From positions 1 through 30,654 of IMG/VR virus record IMGVR_UViG_3300005512_000218: 30,654 nucleotides of DNA; one strand, 5' to 3'. The DNA is from a virus (taxonomy: Duplodnaviria > Caudoviricetes). The translations under genes were made by a program, and so were the position numbers. This document shows, in pieces, positions 7,754 through 15,048 of the stretch; the first letter of the stretch is position 1, and each line of letters opens with the position of its first letter. Below the pieces are notes generated by a model. The model did no database searches. It was not told where the DNA came from and worked only from the letters and a program-made list of their open reading frames with translations.

Positions 7754-7831
7754 GTGTTCGGTTCCTTTCGTTGATTGAACAAATATAGTTAAAACAGAAA
7801 TTGACCGCACAGGCAAATAAAAAATGCACAC

Positions 7832-7861
7832 AAAAAACGGGGCGGAAAATCTCCCGCCCCG
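7832..7861 (-). terminator. Rho-independent terminator after the Gp88-like gene
   Basis: CGGGGCGGGA-GATT-TTCCGCCCCG followed by T6. Confidence 0.75.
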
Positions 7862-7977
7862 CCCCGATGGATCAGCCCCCAACTCAACTGATCCGATGAT
7901 GCCACCGCCGCCAGTAAAACCAACAAACCGATGCGGCATAGCATCCCAAAACATTTAGTGTCGCCCCGTTTGTCACG

Positions 7978-8664
7978 TTAGTGGGTTTGAAATAAAACCT
8001 GCACATAGTCTGCCGCCCAGCATATCGTACAAGTCGCGCACGATTCGGTTTTGCCCGTTTGTTCTGGACAAATTACCGATTTGTTTTTTGCTGGCTTAAT
8101 TAGGTCGGCACTATTTGCGCTGAATTGCCATTCCGGCGCATTGCTGAACCGCACCGCGAATCTTTCCCCGAATCCGCCCCGCACGGCACGAATAGCCAAA
8201 CCGATATCACTTGTCGGTTTGTATCCGGTAAATCCCCAGATGGCTAAATTGTCAAACTTGGTCAACAGGTGCTGCCACAGTTCGACATAATCAACCGAAT
8301 AGAAATCGCCCAGCACATGCAGCCGGATAATCACCCCGCGATAAAGTCCGCAAAGTTCCGCAACTTCTTTTTGCAAAGCGGCTTCAAGTTCTGCCCCGTG
8401 CTGGATGCGATGCCCGAACATCATATTATTGCCGTAGCAATCATCCCAATGATAGCAATAGCGGGGACAGGTTGCTCGTTCCTCTAATGTCAAAGTATAA
8501 ATCACATAGCCTTTAAACTTGCCTTTTTTGATTACGGGCAATTTATCTTTGCTTAGCTTTTTATTTTTAGATTGTTTCAAAACCGATTTGGATTCGGCAA
8601 CCGTGCGTCGGCTTTTTGGATACATGGTCGCGGCGGGTTTGTTTATATCAGCTTTTTTCATCAT
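7978..8664 (-). CDS. Gp88-like Cys-rich protein (probable Fe-S/radical-SAM-like)
   Basis: TCPRYCYHWDDCYG (Cx3Cx5C), IRLHVLGDF, C-terminal CPEQ...CATCTICW; start trimmed to ATG 8664 (GGGGGA RBS). Confidence 0.7.
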   Translation of the reverse strand: MMKKADINKPAATMYPKSRRTVAESKSVLKQSKNKKLSKDKLPVIKKGKFKGYVIYTLTLEERATCPRYCYHWDDCYGNNMMFGHRIQHGAELEAALQKEVAELCGLYRGVIIRLHVLGDFYSVDYVELWQHLLTKFDNLAIWGFTGYKPTSDIGLAIRAVRGGFGERFAVRFSNAPEWQFSANSADLIKPAKNKSVICPEQTGKTESCATCTICWAADYVQVLFQTH

Positions 8665-8809
8665 ATCCCCCTGCGTCCAAAATAGCCCAATACTGATCAA
8701 AAGTGTAAACTTGTTTTTCGGTTTCAACTTCTGCGGGATAAAATCCAAAATTAGCAAAATGATCGCCTACAAAATCCGATATCATCAAAAATTCTTTATC
8801 GCGTTGCAT
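8648..8809 (-). CDS. Hypothetical protein (53 aa, MQRDKEF...FGFYPAEVETEKQVYTFDQYW), not in ORF track
   Basis: Translated by hand; TAATG coupling to the upstream gene; fills the gap. Confidence 0.6.
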   Translation of the reverse strand: MQRDKEFLMISDFVGDHFANFGFYPAEVETEKQVYTFDQYWAILDAGGYDEKS

Positions 8810-9066
8810 TAGCTATACACCCCGCTTATCAAAGTGACCTTGCCACCCTTTTCACATTGCACGGGTGCCTCTGTTTCTATCCAAACACGGGCACCACATG
8901 ATAACGGTTTATCAGGTGAATAAACAACATTAGACGCGCCGCGAATCTCGACACGGTCGGCATAGATATTGCGATTGCTAGTTTTAATTGTGATTACAGG
9001 ATCGGTTGTCCCGTTCTTTTTATTTGCACGAATGACGTGCTGATTAATGTGTATACGTTTTTTCAT
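8809..9066 (-). CDS. Hypothetical phage protein (KRIHINQHVI...SPDKPLSCGARVWIET)
   Basis: ORF track trimmed to ATG 9066 with AAAGGAACC RBS; sequence type recalled from other phages. Confidence 0.75.
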   Translation of the reverse strand: MKKRIHINQHVIRANKKNGTTDPVITIKTSNRNIYADRVEIRGASNVVYSPDKPLSCGARVWIETEAPVQCEKGGKVTLISGVYS

Positions 9067-9102
9067 TTGGTCGGTTCCTTTTCGTTTGTCGGTTTGCAAA
9101 CG

Positions 9103-9297
9103 TTACGGATAAAATCCGCGATGGTCAAGCGGTTTTATTTTGGCACCCTGCTTTTTTAGATAACATTTAGGACAGTAAAATAAATTATCTACATAGACCA
9201 TCGACGGTTTACCGCAATCATAGCACGGATAATCTCTTGATAGTGTGGTTCGTTTGTCAGGTGTTTGTCTAGAAATTTGGTGTGTATAATTTGCCAT
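9103..9297 (-). CDS. Small zinc-ribbon protein
   Basis: CYDC...CPKC; start uncertain. Confidence 0.55.
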   Translation of the reverse strand: MANYTHQISRQTPDKRTTLSRDYPCYDCGKPSMVYVDNLFYCPKCYLKKQGAKIKPLDHRGFYP

Positions 9298-9472
9298 GTT
9301 GCACCATTTGTCTCAGTGTTACCAGTTTGTCACGTTGCGCTTTTGTCACGGGTTTGCCATGCCAGTCAGCGTCACTGATTTGTCTGTTTAGTGTCCGCCA
9401 TTTGTCAGCCACGTTTGTCAGGCGTGGGTCGCTTGCCTTGTCAGGATACACAGGGTCAATATAGAAGTTCAT
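9269..9472 (-). CDS. Hypothetical protein (67 aa) overlapping the TTTGTC cluster
   Basis: ATGA overlap with upstream ORF. Confidence 0.55.
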   Translation of the reverse strand: MNFYIDPVYPDKASDPRLTNVADKWRTLNRQISDADWHGKPVTKAQRDKLVTLRQMVQHGKLYTPNF

Positions 9473-9675
9473 CGTTTGTCTGCCCAAAAGTTATCCCAAG
9501 TTTCCCGCATCAATTCGCCAAGTTCGTTGTCAGTGAAATGCGCCATCAGGTCACGGTGTGGTTCCATCTGTTGCATAAACTCACCGACAAACTCACAACC
9601 CCCGATGATTGATCCGGCAATGTCAAACCATTTGTCTTCGTTGTCCATTGCCAATGCTTTCATCTTGCCCATCAT
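9469..9675 (-). CDS. Hypothetical protein (68 aa)
   Basis: ORF track; GAGGTG RBS; coupled to neighbours. Confidence 0.65.
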   Translation of the reverse strand: MMGKMKALAMDNEDKWFDIAGSIIGGCEFVGEFMQQMEPHRDLMAHFTDNELGELMRETWDNFWADKR

Positions 9676-9866
9676 TACACCTCACCTATTTCGTATATGT
9701 CATAATCAAACGTATCAATGTAATCTGAAACAATCAACCTATTTATCAACGGGTCTAGCTTGAATGCTTCGATAGCCATCCTCTTTGCTTCATCCTCGCT
9801 ATCAGCCCCAATAGGTACACGGGCTGAAACCGACGCAACAACATCAACTACAAATTTTCTTTTCAT
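9675..9866 (-). CDS. Hypothetical protein (63 aa)
   Basis: ORF track; AAGGAAG RBS. Confidence 0.65.
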   Translation of the reverse strand: MKRKFVVDVVASVSARVPIGADSEDEAKRMAIEAFKLDPLINRLIVSDYIDTFDYDIYEIGEV

Positions 9867-10014
9867 TGTTCGCTTCCTTCATCATCAGTTCAGCAATTCT
9901 ATTAGAGACAGGACGATTGCCTGTCAACTTGATTCGTCCCATGCGGTCGTACACAGGTTCAATCTCTAGGATTTGTAAGTCCCGCTTCAGTTCCTTGAAT
10001 GTCGGTACGTTCAT
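9844..10014 (-). CDS. Hypothetical protein (56 aa, MNVPTFKELKRDL...), not in ORF track
   Basis: Translated by hand; AAGGAAACCGACG-ATG start context. Confidence 0.5.
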   Translation of the reverse strand: MNVPTFKELKRDLQILEIEPVYDRMGRIKLTGNRPVSNRIAELMMKEANNEKKICS

Positions 10015-10234
10015 CGTCGGTTTCCTTTATTAACTGTGTTGACATTTTGTCCCATTCGCCACGCCGCATACGAAACTTCTTGTTTTGTACTGGTGTGCAA
10101 ATGCGAACCCACTTGTAACCGACAACAGCCCACACGAGCCGTGTGCCGGATACTGGTAATCTCATGTCGAAGAAATCCACGCGGTACAGCTTGGCGTTGT
10201 CCCACGCGGCTTCTTTGGGTCTAGCTACGTTCAT
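9959..10234 (-). CDS. Hypothetical protein (91 aa)
   Basis: ORF track; same orientation as the packed early block. Confidence 0.6.
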   Translation of the reverse strand: MNVARPKEAAWDNAKLYRVDFFDMRLPVSGTRLVWAVVGYKWVRICTPVQNKKFRMRRGEWDKMSTQLIKETDDERTDIQGTEAGLTNPRD

Positions 10235-10502
10235 CTAAATTAAACTCAAACTTTAGTTTGTCCCGTGCATCTGACAACTCTTGCAATGCGTATGCTGACA
10301 CACATTTGATACCGCCCATGTCAGGATATAATGCCAAGTCCAAGACATCATCAAGCCACTTCTGTACCTCAATTACAGCGCACCGTTGTTCCATAGACAG
10401 TTTACCAATGCGGTTTCTGCGCTGTATGCGTTCCTTTTCCCGTTGGTTTTCCCAATAGGCCATGCGTTCATCAATCGTCATGTTCTCTAGTTTTTTAGCC
10501 AT
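10221..10502 (-). CDS. Hypothetical protein (MAKKLENMTIDERMAYW...)
   Basis: ORF track trimmed; GGGAG RBS upstream. Confidence 0.65.
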   Translation of the reverse strand: MAKKLENMTIDERMAYWENQREKERIQRRNRIGKLSMEQRCAVIEVQKWLDDVLDLALYPDMGGIKCVSAYALQELSDARDKLKFEFNLDERS

Positions 10503-10710
10503 CGTAGTCATCTCCCTTGTCACGTTCCTGCAGTTCATCCACACCCACATCATCACAGATATATGAATAGTCATAGTTGGATATGTTGAACAGCTTTACT
10601 GTGCCATCTTCATTACGAATGTAGTCATCCAATTCGTTGTCAAATACAGCGACAGGCATATCCCATACGAGTACGCTGTAGGATTTATCTGAATCAAACT
10701 TCATCATCAA
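10495..10710 (-). CDS. Acidic hypothetical protein (71 aa)
   Basis: ORF track; AGGGAG RBS; Asp/Glu-rich. Confidence 0.65.
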   Translation of the reverse strand: MMMKFDSDKSYSVLVWDMPVAVFDNELDDYIRNEDGTVKLFNISNYDYSYICDDVGVDELQERDKGDDYDG

Positions 10711-10716
10711 TCTCCC

Positions 10717-10953
10717 TTACAGTAGTTGGTCAGTACCATCAACGCCCATCAGGTTCATCACATCCCTAGTCAGGCTGTCAATCAATTCATAAACATCATT
10801 GACAGGCCAATATTCTAGCGGTTCCCATGCGTTGTCCTCAAAAAACTTATCTAACTTTTCTTCAGGCCAGTCTGCCCAATCATCAGGCAAATGTTGGCAT
10901 AGGAAGTGTCCAGACATTCTAGCAAATATTTGTTGTTCAGTCATCTTAGCCAT
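10717..10953 (-). CDS. Acidic Trp-rich hypothetical protein (78 aa)
   Basis: ORF track; AAGGGAAC RBS; first gene after the 11010-11015 TTGACA. Confidence 0.7.
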   Translation of the reverse strand: MAKMTEQQIFARMSGHFLCQHLPDDWADWPEEKLDKFFEDNAWEPLEYWPVNDVYELIDSLTRDVMNLMGVDGTDQLL

Positions 10954-10986
10954 CGTTCGTTCCCTTCATTGATTAACGATACATAA

Positions 10987-11015
10987 CCAATATCGGTTAC
11001 AAAACATCCTGTCAA
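10987..11015 (-). promoter_or_regulatory. Putative sigma70 promoter for the early block
   Basis: TTGACA-N17-TATTGG immediately after a terminator T-tract. Confidence 0.5.
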
Positions 11016-11016
11016 C

Positions 11017-11056
11017 AAAAAAAGAAACGGGGCTGGAAAATTAATTCCAACCCCGC
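11017..11056 (-). terminator. Rho-independent terminator
   Basis: GCGGGGTTGGAA-TTAATT-TTCCAGCCCCGT followed by TTCTTTTTTT. Confidence 0.8.
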
Positions 11057-11081
11057 TCCCCAACCAACGAACGAAACAACC

Positions 11082-11336
11082 TTACGCAACCTCGTAAGGT
11101 ATCCCTAGTTTTAGCACCACCTGTTTGTGTTCGTCAAGCCATTTTTTACATTCCCACCGACTTTTTCCGACAAACAATACAACGTGACGCAGATAGTCCA
11201 CACAATCTTTTGACTTCACCAGTTCACGATCTGTCTCACCAATACGCACGGATGATACAGGAACACACAAAGACCACTTGTAATCGTTGCGTTCGACAAT
11301 TTCTATTTCAAGTTTTTTAGTCTTCAACGACTTCAT
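11082..11336 (-). CDS. Hypothetical protein (84 aa)
   Basis: ORF track; GAGGA RBS. Confidence 0.65.
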   Translation of the reverse strand: MKSLKTKKLEIEIVERNDYKWSLCVPVSSVRIGETDRELVKSKDCVDYLRHVVLFVGKSRWECKKWLDEHKQVVLKLGIPYEVA

Positions 11337-11523
11337 CTGATTCCTCTTTCAAAGCGTCTAAGTAAATATCTATGGCTTCCCTGATTAGGTCAGCTACTGC
11401 CACTTGTTCTAGGCTTTTCTTCTGCATCTCTTTAGCAAAAACCGACAATTCATCAAACTGTTTTTGTTTCATCAACAGAACGTATGTCTTAGTCGGCTCA
11501 TCTATCTTTGGTGGTCGAGCCAT
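11317..11523 (-). CDS. Ribbon-helix-helix (CopG/Arc-like) regulator
   Basis: MARP..TKTYVLLM strand, helix, then VADLIREAIDIYL helix; lies next to the divergent control region. Confidence 0.7.
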   Translation of the reverse strand: MARPPKIDEPTKTYVLLMKQKQFDELSVFAKEMQKKSLEQVAVADLIREAIDIYLDALKEESDEVVED

Positions 11524-11647
11524 CCTTCATTTCCTTTTTAGATAGTTTATCCAATTTACTTTTCTTCTTATTAGGTATAACCTGTTTATTATATTTTCTA
11601 TCCCCTAATAGTTTAGCTATCGGGTTTATTTTATTATATGTTTTCAT
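11498..11647 (-). CDS. Small basic protein (49 aa, MKTYNKINPIAKLL...VIPNKKK), not in ORF track
   Basis: Translated by hand; NPIAK..VIPNKKK pattern recalled from small phage proteins. Confidence 0.55.
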   Translation of the reverse strand: MKTYNKINPIAKLLGDRKYNKQVIPNKKKSKLDKLSKKEMKDGSTTKDR

Positions 11648-11671
11648 AATAGGTTATCCCCATAGGGTAGG

Positions 11672-11753
11672 TTAAATAAATAGGTAGCACGGCCTGTCAA
11701 GTCGTGTCAACCAAAAAAATGCAGTTGACAAGGTTTGTTGTATCGATTATTCC
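11672..11753. promoter_or_regulatory. Divergent promoter region between early and replication blocks
   Basis: Minus-strand TTGACA at 11695-11700 and 11705-11710; plus-strand TTGACA-N17-TATTCC at 11725-11753. Confidence 0.6.
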
Positions 11754-11760
11754 TTGTGAC

Positions 11761-12561
11761 ATGAAATCACCGAACTGGCTAAAAGGTTATGTTGAGTCGC
11801 TGGACATCCAGCCGTTGGGACGCTATCGGTCTGACTGTCCTGTGTGTGGCAAGTCGAATACGTTTAGCGTAACCGACGATGGATTGCAACGCATGTGGTT
11901 TTGTTTTCATGCGGACTGCAACGTGTCTGGTCGAACAGGCATAGTCTTATCTAAAGATTTTGCAAAGATTGCAATCAAGAAACCGACGCCTAGTGTTGCA
12001 CCTGCCGCACCGGATAAGTTTGTTATTCCTGATACATTTACCAGTCTTTCCAGAAACTTAGACGCCGAACTTTATGTAAGATCTGTACATGCCTACGATG
12101 CGTATTTGTCTGGTCGTGCAGATATACGGTACGATTTCAAACGTAATCGTGTAGCTTACCTTGTTAAACATGAAGGCAAGGTAGTCGATGCGGTCGGTCG
12201 ATCATTAGATGGAAGAGGGGCGAAATGGTACAGGTATGGAAACAGCAAACTACCTTTTGTTTGTGGTAGTGGGGATGTTGGAATTGTTGTGGAAGATTGT
12301 GCTTCTGCTTGCGCTGTTTGCGGCGTTTCGACGGGCATAGCTTTACTGGGAACCAATCTATTAGACGAACACATAGATTTTTTATCCAAGTACAAAAGGA
12401 TTTTTGTCGCGCTTGACAAAGATGCAACCGACAAAGCACTTGACATGGTAAAGATTCTATGTAGAAAAATACCGACGCGATTGATGGTACTTGATCGTGA
12501 TTTAAAAAACCTAAACAACGAGGAACGAGATGAGTTCATACGATCCCATATCAATAGATAA
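11761..12561 (+). CDS. DNA primase (T7-like zinc-binding domain plus TOPRIM)
   Basis: CPVC...FCFHADC zinc finger; IVVED and ALDKDA TOPRIM motifs; start trimmed to ATG 11761. Confidence 0.9.
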   Translation: MKSPNWLKGYVESLDIQPLGRYRSDCPVCGKSNTFSVTDDGLQRMWFCFHADCNVSGRTGIVLSKDFAKIAIKKPTPSVAPAAPDKFVIPDTFTSLSRNLDAELYVRSVHAYDAYLSGRADIRYDFKRNRVAYLVKHEGKVVDAVGRSLDGRGAKWYRYGNSKLPFVCGSGDVGIVVEDCASACAVCGVSTGIALLGTNLLDEHIDFLSKYKRIFVALDKDATDKALDMVKILCRKIPTRLMVLDRDLKNLNNEERDEFIRSHINR

Positions 12562-13759
12562 ACAGATACTTGGTTTCTGTCTCAACTTTAACTTCTTTGG
12601 TAGTGTCAAGAACATTATCGACAGGACAATGTTTGAAAAAGAGATGCGTGACATATTTGACACGTTGACATATTCGCACACCAAATACGGAAAAGACTTA
12701 ACTATCAATGAGTTAGCCAGTCTGTTCAATGATCGCAATCCTGCTATGCCAGATGCGGCTCGTAACAAAGTGCAAGAAACTATTGCAACCCTAGACGTTG
12801 GTAATGCTGACAATGCTGACTTGCACCTAGACTTGGTACACAATTTCTGGTTGCGTGATCGTGCGCGGCAGATAGGTGAAAAGGCAATTGAGATATTTAC
12901 GGGCGACAGTGAAGAGTTTGGCGAGTTGCGCCGCCTCATTGAAACTGTAGAGGACGGTCGCATCAGTGACAAAACTACCTACACTAAAGTTGAAGATGAT
13001 TTGGATACCCTGTTAAATGATGAGGCTGGTGATCCAGACTTCCCTTTCGGCTATGACCTGATCGCAGAGAATGTGACAGGTCTAGACAGAGGTAACTTAG
13101 GTATTTTGTTTGCACGTCCTGAAGTTGGTAAGACTACATTCTGTTGCTTCCTTGCCGCATCATATATCAGGCAGGGTTTCAAGGTTGTGTATTGGGCAAA
13201 CGAGGAACCAGCCCCAAAGATTAAGTTGCGTATCATCCAATCGTACTTTGGTTTGACACGGGAAGAGATGGTCAGAGACAGAGTCAGCCTGTCGGTTAAG
13301 TACGCCGATGAGATCGCCCCGTTGCTTACCATTATGGATTCAGTTGGTACGTCGGTTGAAGAGGTCGATGAATATGCCAAGCTGAATAAGCCTGACGTTA
13401 TGTTCTGTGACCAGCTAGATAAGTTTCGTATTGCAGGTGAGTTCAATCGTGGGGATGAGCGGCTCAAGGAAACCTATGTGTTTGCACGGGAAATAGCTAA
13501 AAGAAACAAGACCTTAGTGTGGGCGGTTAGTCAAGCAAACTACGAGGCGCACGACAGACAATGGATTGACTACTCTATGTTGGACAACTCACGCACGGGC
13601 AAGGCTGGTGAAGCTGACATCATTATTGGTATTGGCAAGACAGGATCTAGTGAGGTAGAAAATACCGTACGTCACATTTGCATATCTAAGAATAAGCTGA
13701 ATGGTTGGCACGGTATGATCAATGGTCAGATAGATATAGAACGCGGAATATATTACTGA
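12530..13759 (+). CDS. Replicative SF4 (DnaB/T7 gp4-like) helicase
   Basis: Walker A ARPEVGKT, FCDQL, VSQAN, EADIIIG, ISKNK. Confidence 0.92.
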   Translation: MSSYDPISIDKQILGFCLNFNFFGSVKNIIDRTMFEKEMRDIFDTLTYSHTKYGKDLTINELASLFNDRNPAMPDAARNKVQETIATLDVGNADNADLHLDLVHNFWLRDRARQIGEKAIEIFTGDSEEFGELRRLIETVEDGRISDKTTYTKVEDDLDTLLNDEAGDPDFPFGYDLIAENVTGLDRGNLGILFARPEVGKTTFCCFLAASYIRQGFKVVYWANEEPAPKIKLRIIQSYFGLTREEMVRDRVSLSVKYADEIAPLLTIMDSVGTSVEEVDEYAKLNKPDVMFCDQLDKFRIAGEFNRGDERLKETYVFAREIAKRNKTLVWAVSQANYEAHDRQWIDYSMLDNSRTGKAGEADIIIGIGKTGSSEVENTVRHICISKNKLNGWHGMINGQIDIERGIYY

Positions 13760-14040
13760 TGGTGCACAGAAATACATTGCGTAATCGTAGACTGCGTGAA
13801 AGCAGGGGGCGGTGGCTTGATATATACAAGCGCAACAAGGGCTGTGAGATGTGTGGTTACAACGCTGATGCTACTGCATTGCAATTCGATCACATAGATA
13901 GGTCAACTAAAGTAAATTCCATATCGAACATGCGGCATTTTAATTTATCTACGTTAATTCAAGAACTTAGAAAGTGTCGTATACTATGCGCGAACTGCCA
14001 TCACATACATAGTAACAAGCAAAGGAAAGAAGATGAGTAA
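13759..14040 (+). CDS. HNH endonuclease
   Basis: CEMCG..LQFDHID...LCANCHHIH; TGATG coupling to the helicase stop. Confidence 0.85.
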   Translation: MVHRNTLRNRRLRESRGRWLDIYKRNKGCEMCGYNADATALQFDHIDRSTKVNSISNMRHFNLSTLIQELRKCRILCANCHHIHSNKQRKEDE

Positions 14041-14467
14041 GAAGCACGAATGGTTGATGAAAACAAACATGTTTATGATAAGACATTTTGATCCAATGGA
14101 TTTTGGGTGGGATCAAGACAGTCTAAAATACAAGGTAGTAGACAGGGTTTGTGATTTTATACACGATCATATTGGACTTCATATCGAATCAATATATTAT
14201 GTTGTTAACGATGAGTTCTATGATTTTTCTACAGGAAAACCTATGACACTTCGGGAGTATTTGCATTGGGCATTTATATCTCCTATTGTAAGTTTTATGA
14301 AGCACAGGGTATTTCGTATTGAGCGGGTAGATGAACATCTAGGATGTCCTAGCTGGCCTAACTGCGACTTAGCCCCTTTAGGTTGTTCCTTAGAGATGGG
14401 TAAAGACGTAGAGTGGTACGGTCATAAAGACCCAGAACCAGCTAAAAGAAAAAAGGAAGACGAATGA
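14033..14467 (+). CDS. Hypothetical protein (144 aa)
   Basis: ORF track; AAGGA RBS; C-terminal HLGCPSWPNCD..GC. Confidence 0.7.
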   Translation: MSKKHEWLMKTNMFMIRHFDPMDFGWDQDSLKYKVVDRVCDFIHDHIGLHIESIYYVVNDEFYDFSTGKPMTLREYLHWAFISPIVSFMKHRVFRIERVDEHLGCPSWPNCDLAPLGCSLEMGKDVEWYGHKDPEPAKRKKEDE

Positions 14468-15048
14468 ATATATTAACCTTTGACGTGGAAACAACCCACA
14501 TCTACAAGGATAGTGGCGGCACTACTGCCCTGCCATACTTTGGAAACCGACTCGTATCTATCGGGTACAAGCGTCTGTCTTCACCCTATATACACTACCA
14601 CTGCTACTACCACGCAGACAGGCAAGCCCACGACTTTGCACCTGAACTTTTTCAAGAGGCACTTGACGAAGCCGATGTAGTTGTGGGACAAAACATAAAG
14701 TTTGATTTATCTTGGATACGGGAATGCGGGTTTGTTTACGACGGTGACATCTATGATACGATGGTGGCGGAATATATTTTATCGAAAGCCCAGCGTTGGC
14801 CTCTTGGACTTGCTGCTCTTGCAGAAAAGTATGACGTTACCCGCAAGGAGAAAGACCTTGTTGAGCCGTATCTTAAAAGCGGTAAAACATTCTACGATAT
14901 ACCGTGGGAGATAGTAGAAGAGTACGGTAAAGCTGACGTACTTGCTACAGAAGAAATTGCAGTTAAACAGCTTGAAGCCTTTGGCACTACCTTTGAGGAA
15001 CTATATAATGCAGCGGACTTTACTACCAACCTTGAGACTGTCGCTTGA
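14464..15048 (+). CDS. 3'-5' proofreading exonuclease domain of family A DNA polymerase, encoded as a separate ORF
   Basis: ExoI FDVET, ExoII GQNIKFDL, DTMVAEY, ExoIII YGKADV. Confidence 0.88.
   Translation: MNILTFDVETTHIYKDSGGTTALPYFGNRLVSIGYKRLSSPYIHYHCYYHADRQAHDFAPELFQEALDEADVVVGQNIKFDLSWIRECGFVYDGDIYDTMVAEYILSKAQRWPLGLAALAEKYDVTRKEKDLVEPYLKSGKTFYDIPWEIVEEYGKADVLATEEIAVKQLEAFGTTFEELYNAADFTTNLETVA

Noticed and set aside
7754-7954. N-terminal 67-aa extension of the 404-aa ORF
   Set aside because: Spans a terminator and hairpins; a strong RBS supports the start at 7753
9899-9927. Additional minus-strand promoter TTGACA-N17-TAATAG
   Set aside because: Lies inside the probable ORF 9844..10014 and has a weak -10; plausible but not supported well enough to list
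14942-15048. Canonical slippery site joining exonuclease and polymerase
   Set aside because: A +1 shift would be needed and I see no recognised shift motif; an independent RBS and ATG explain the second ORF more simply
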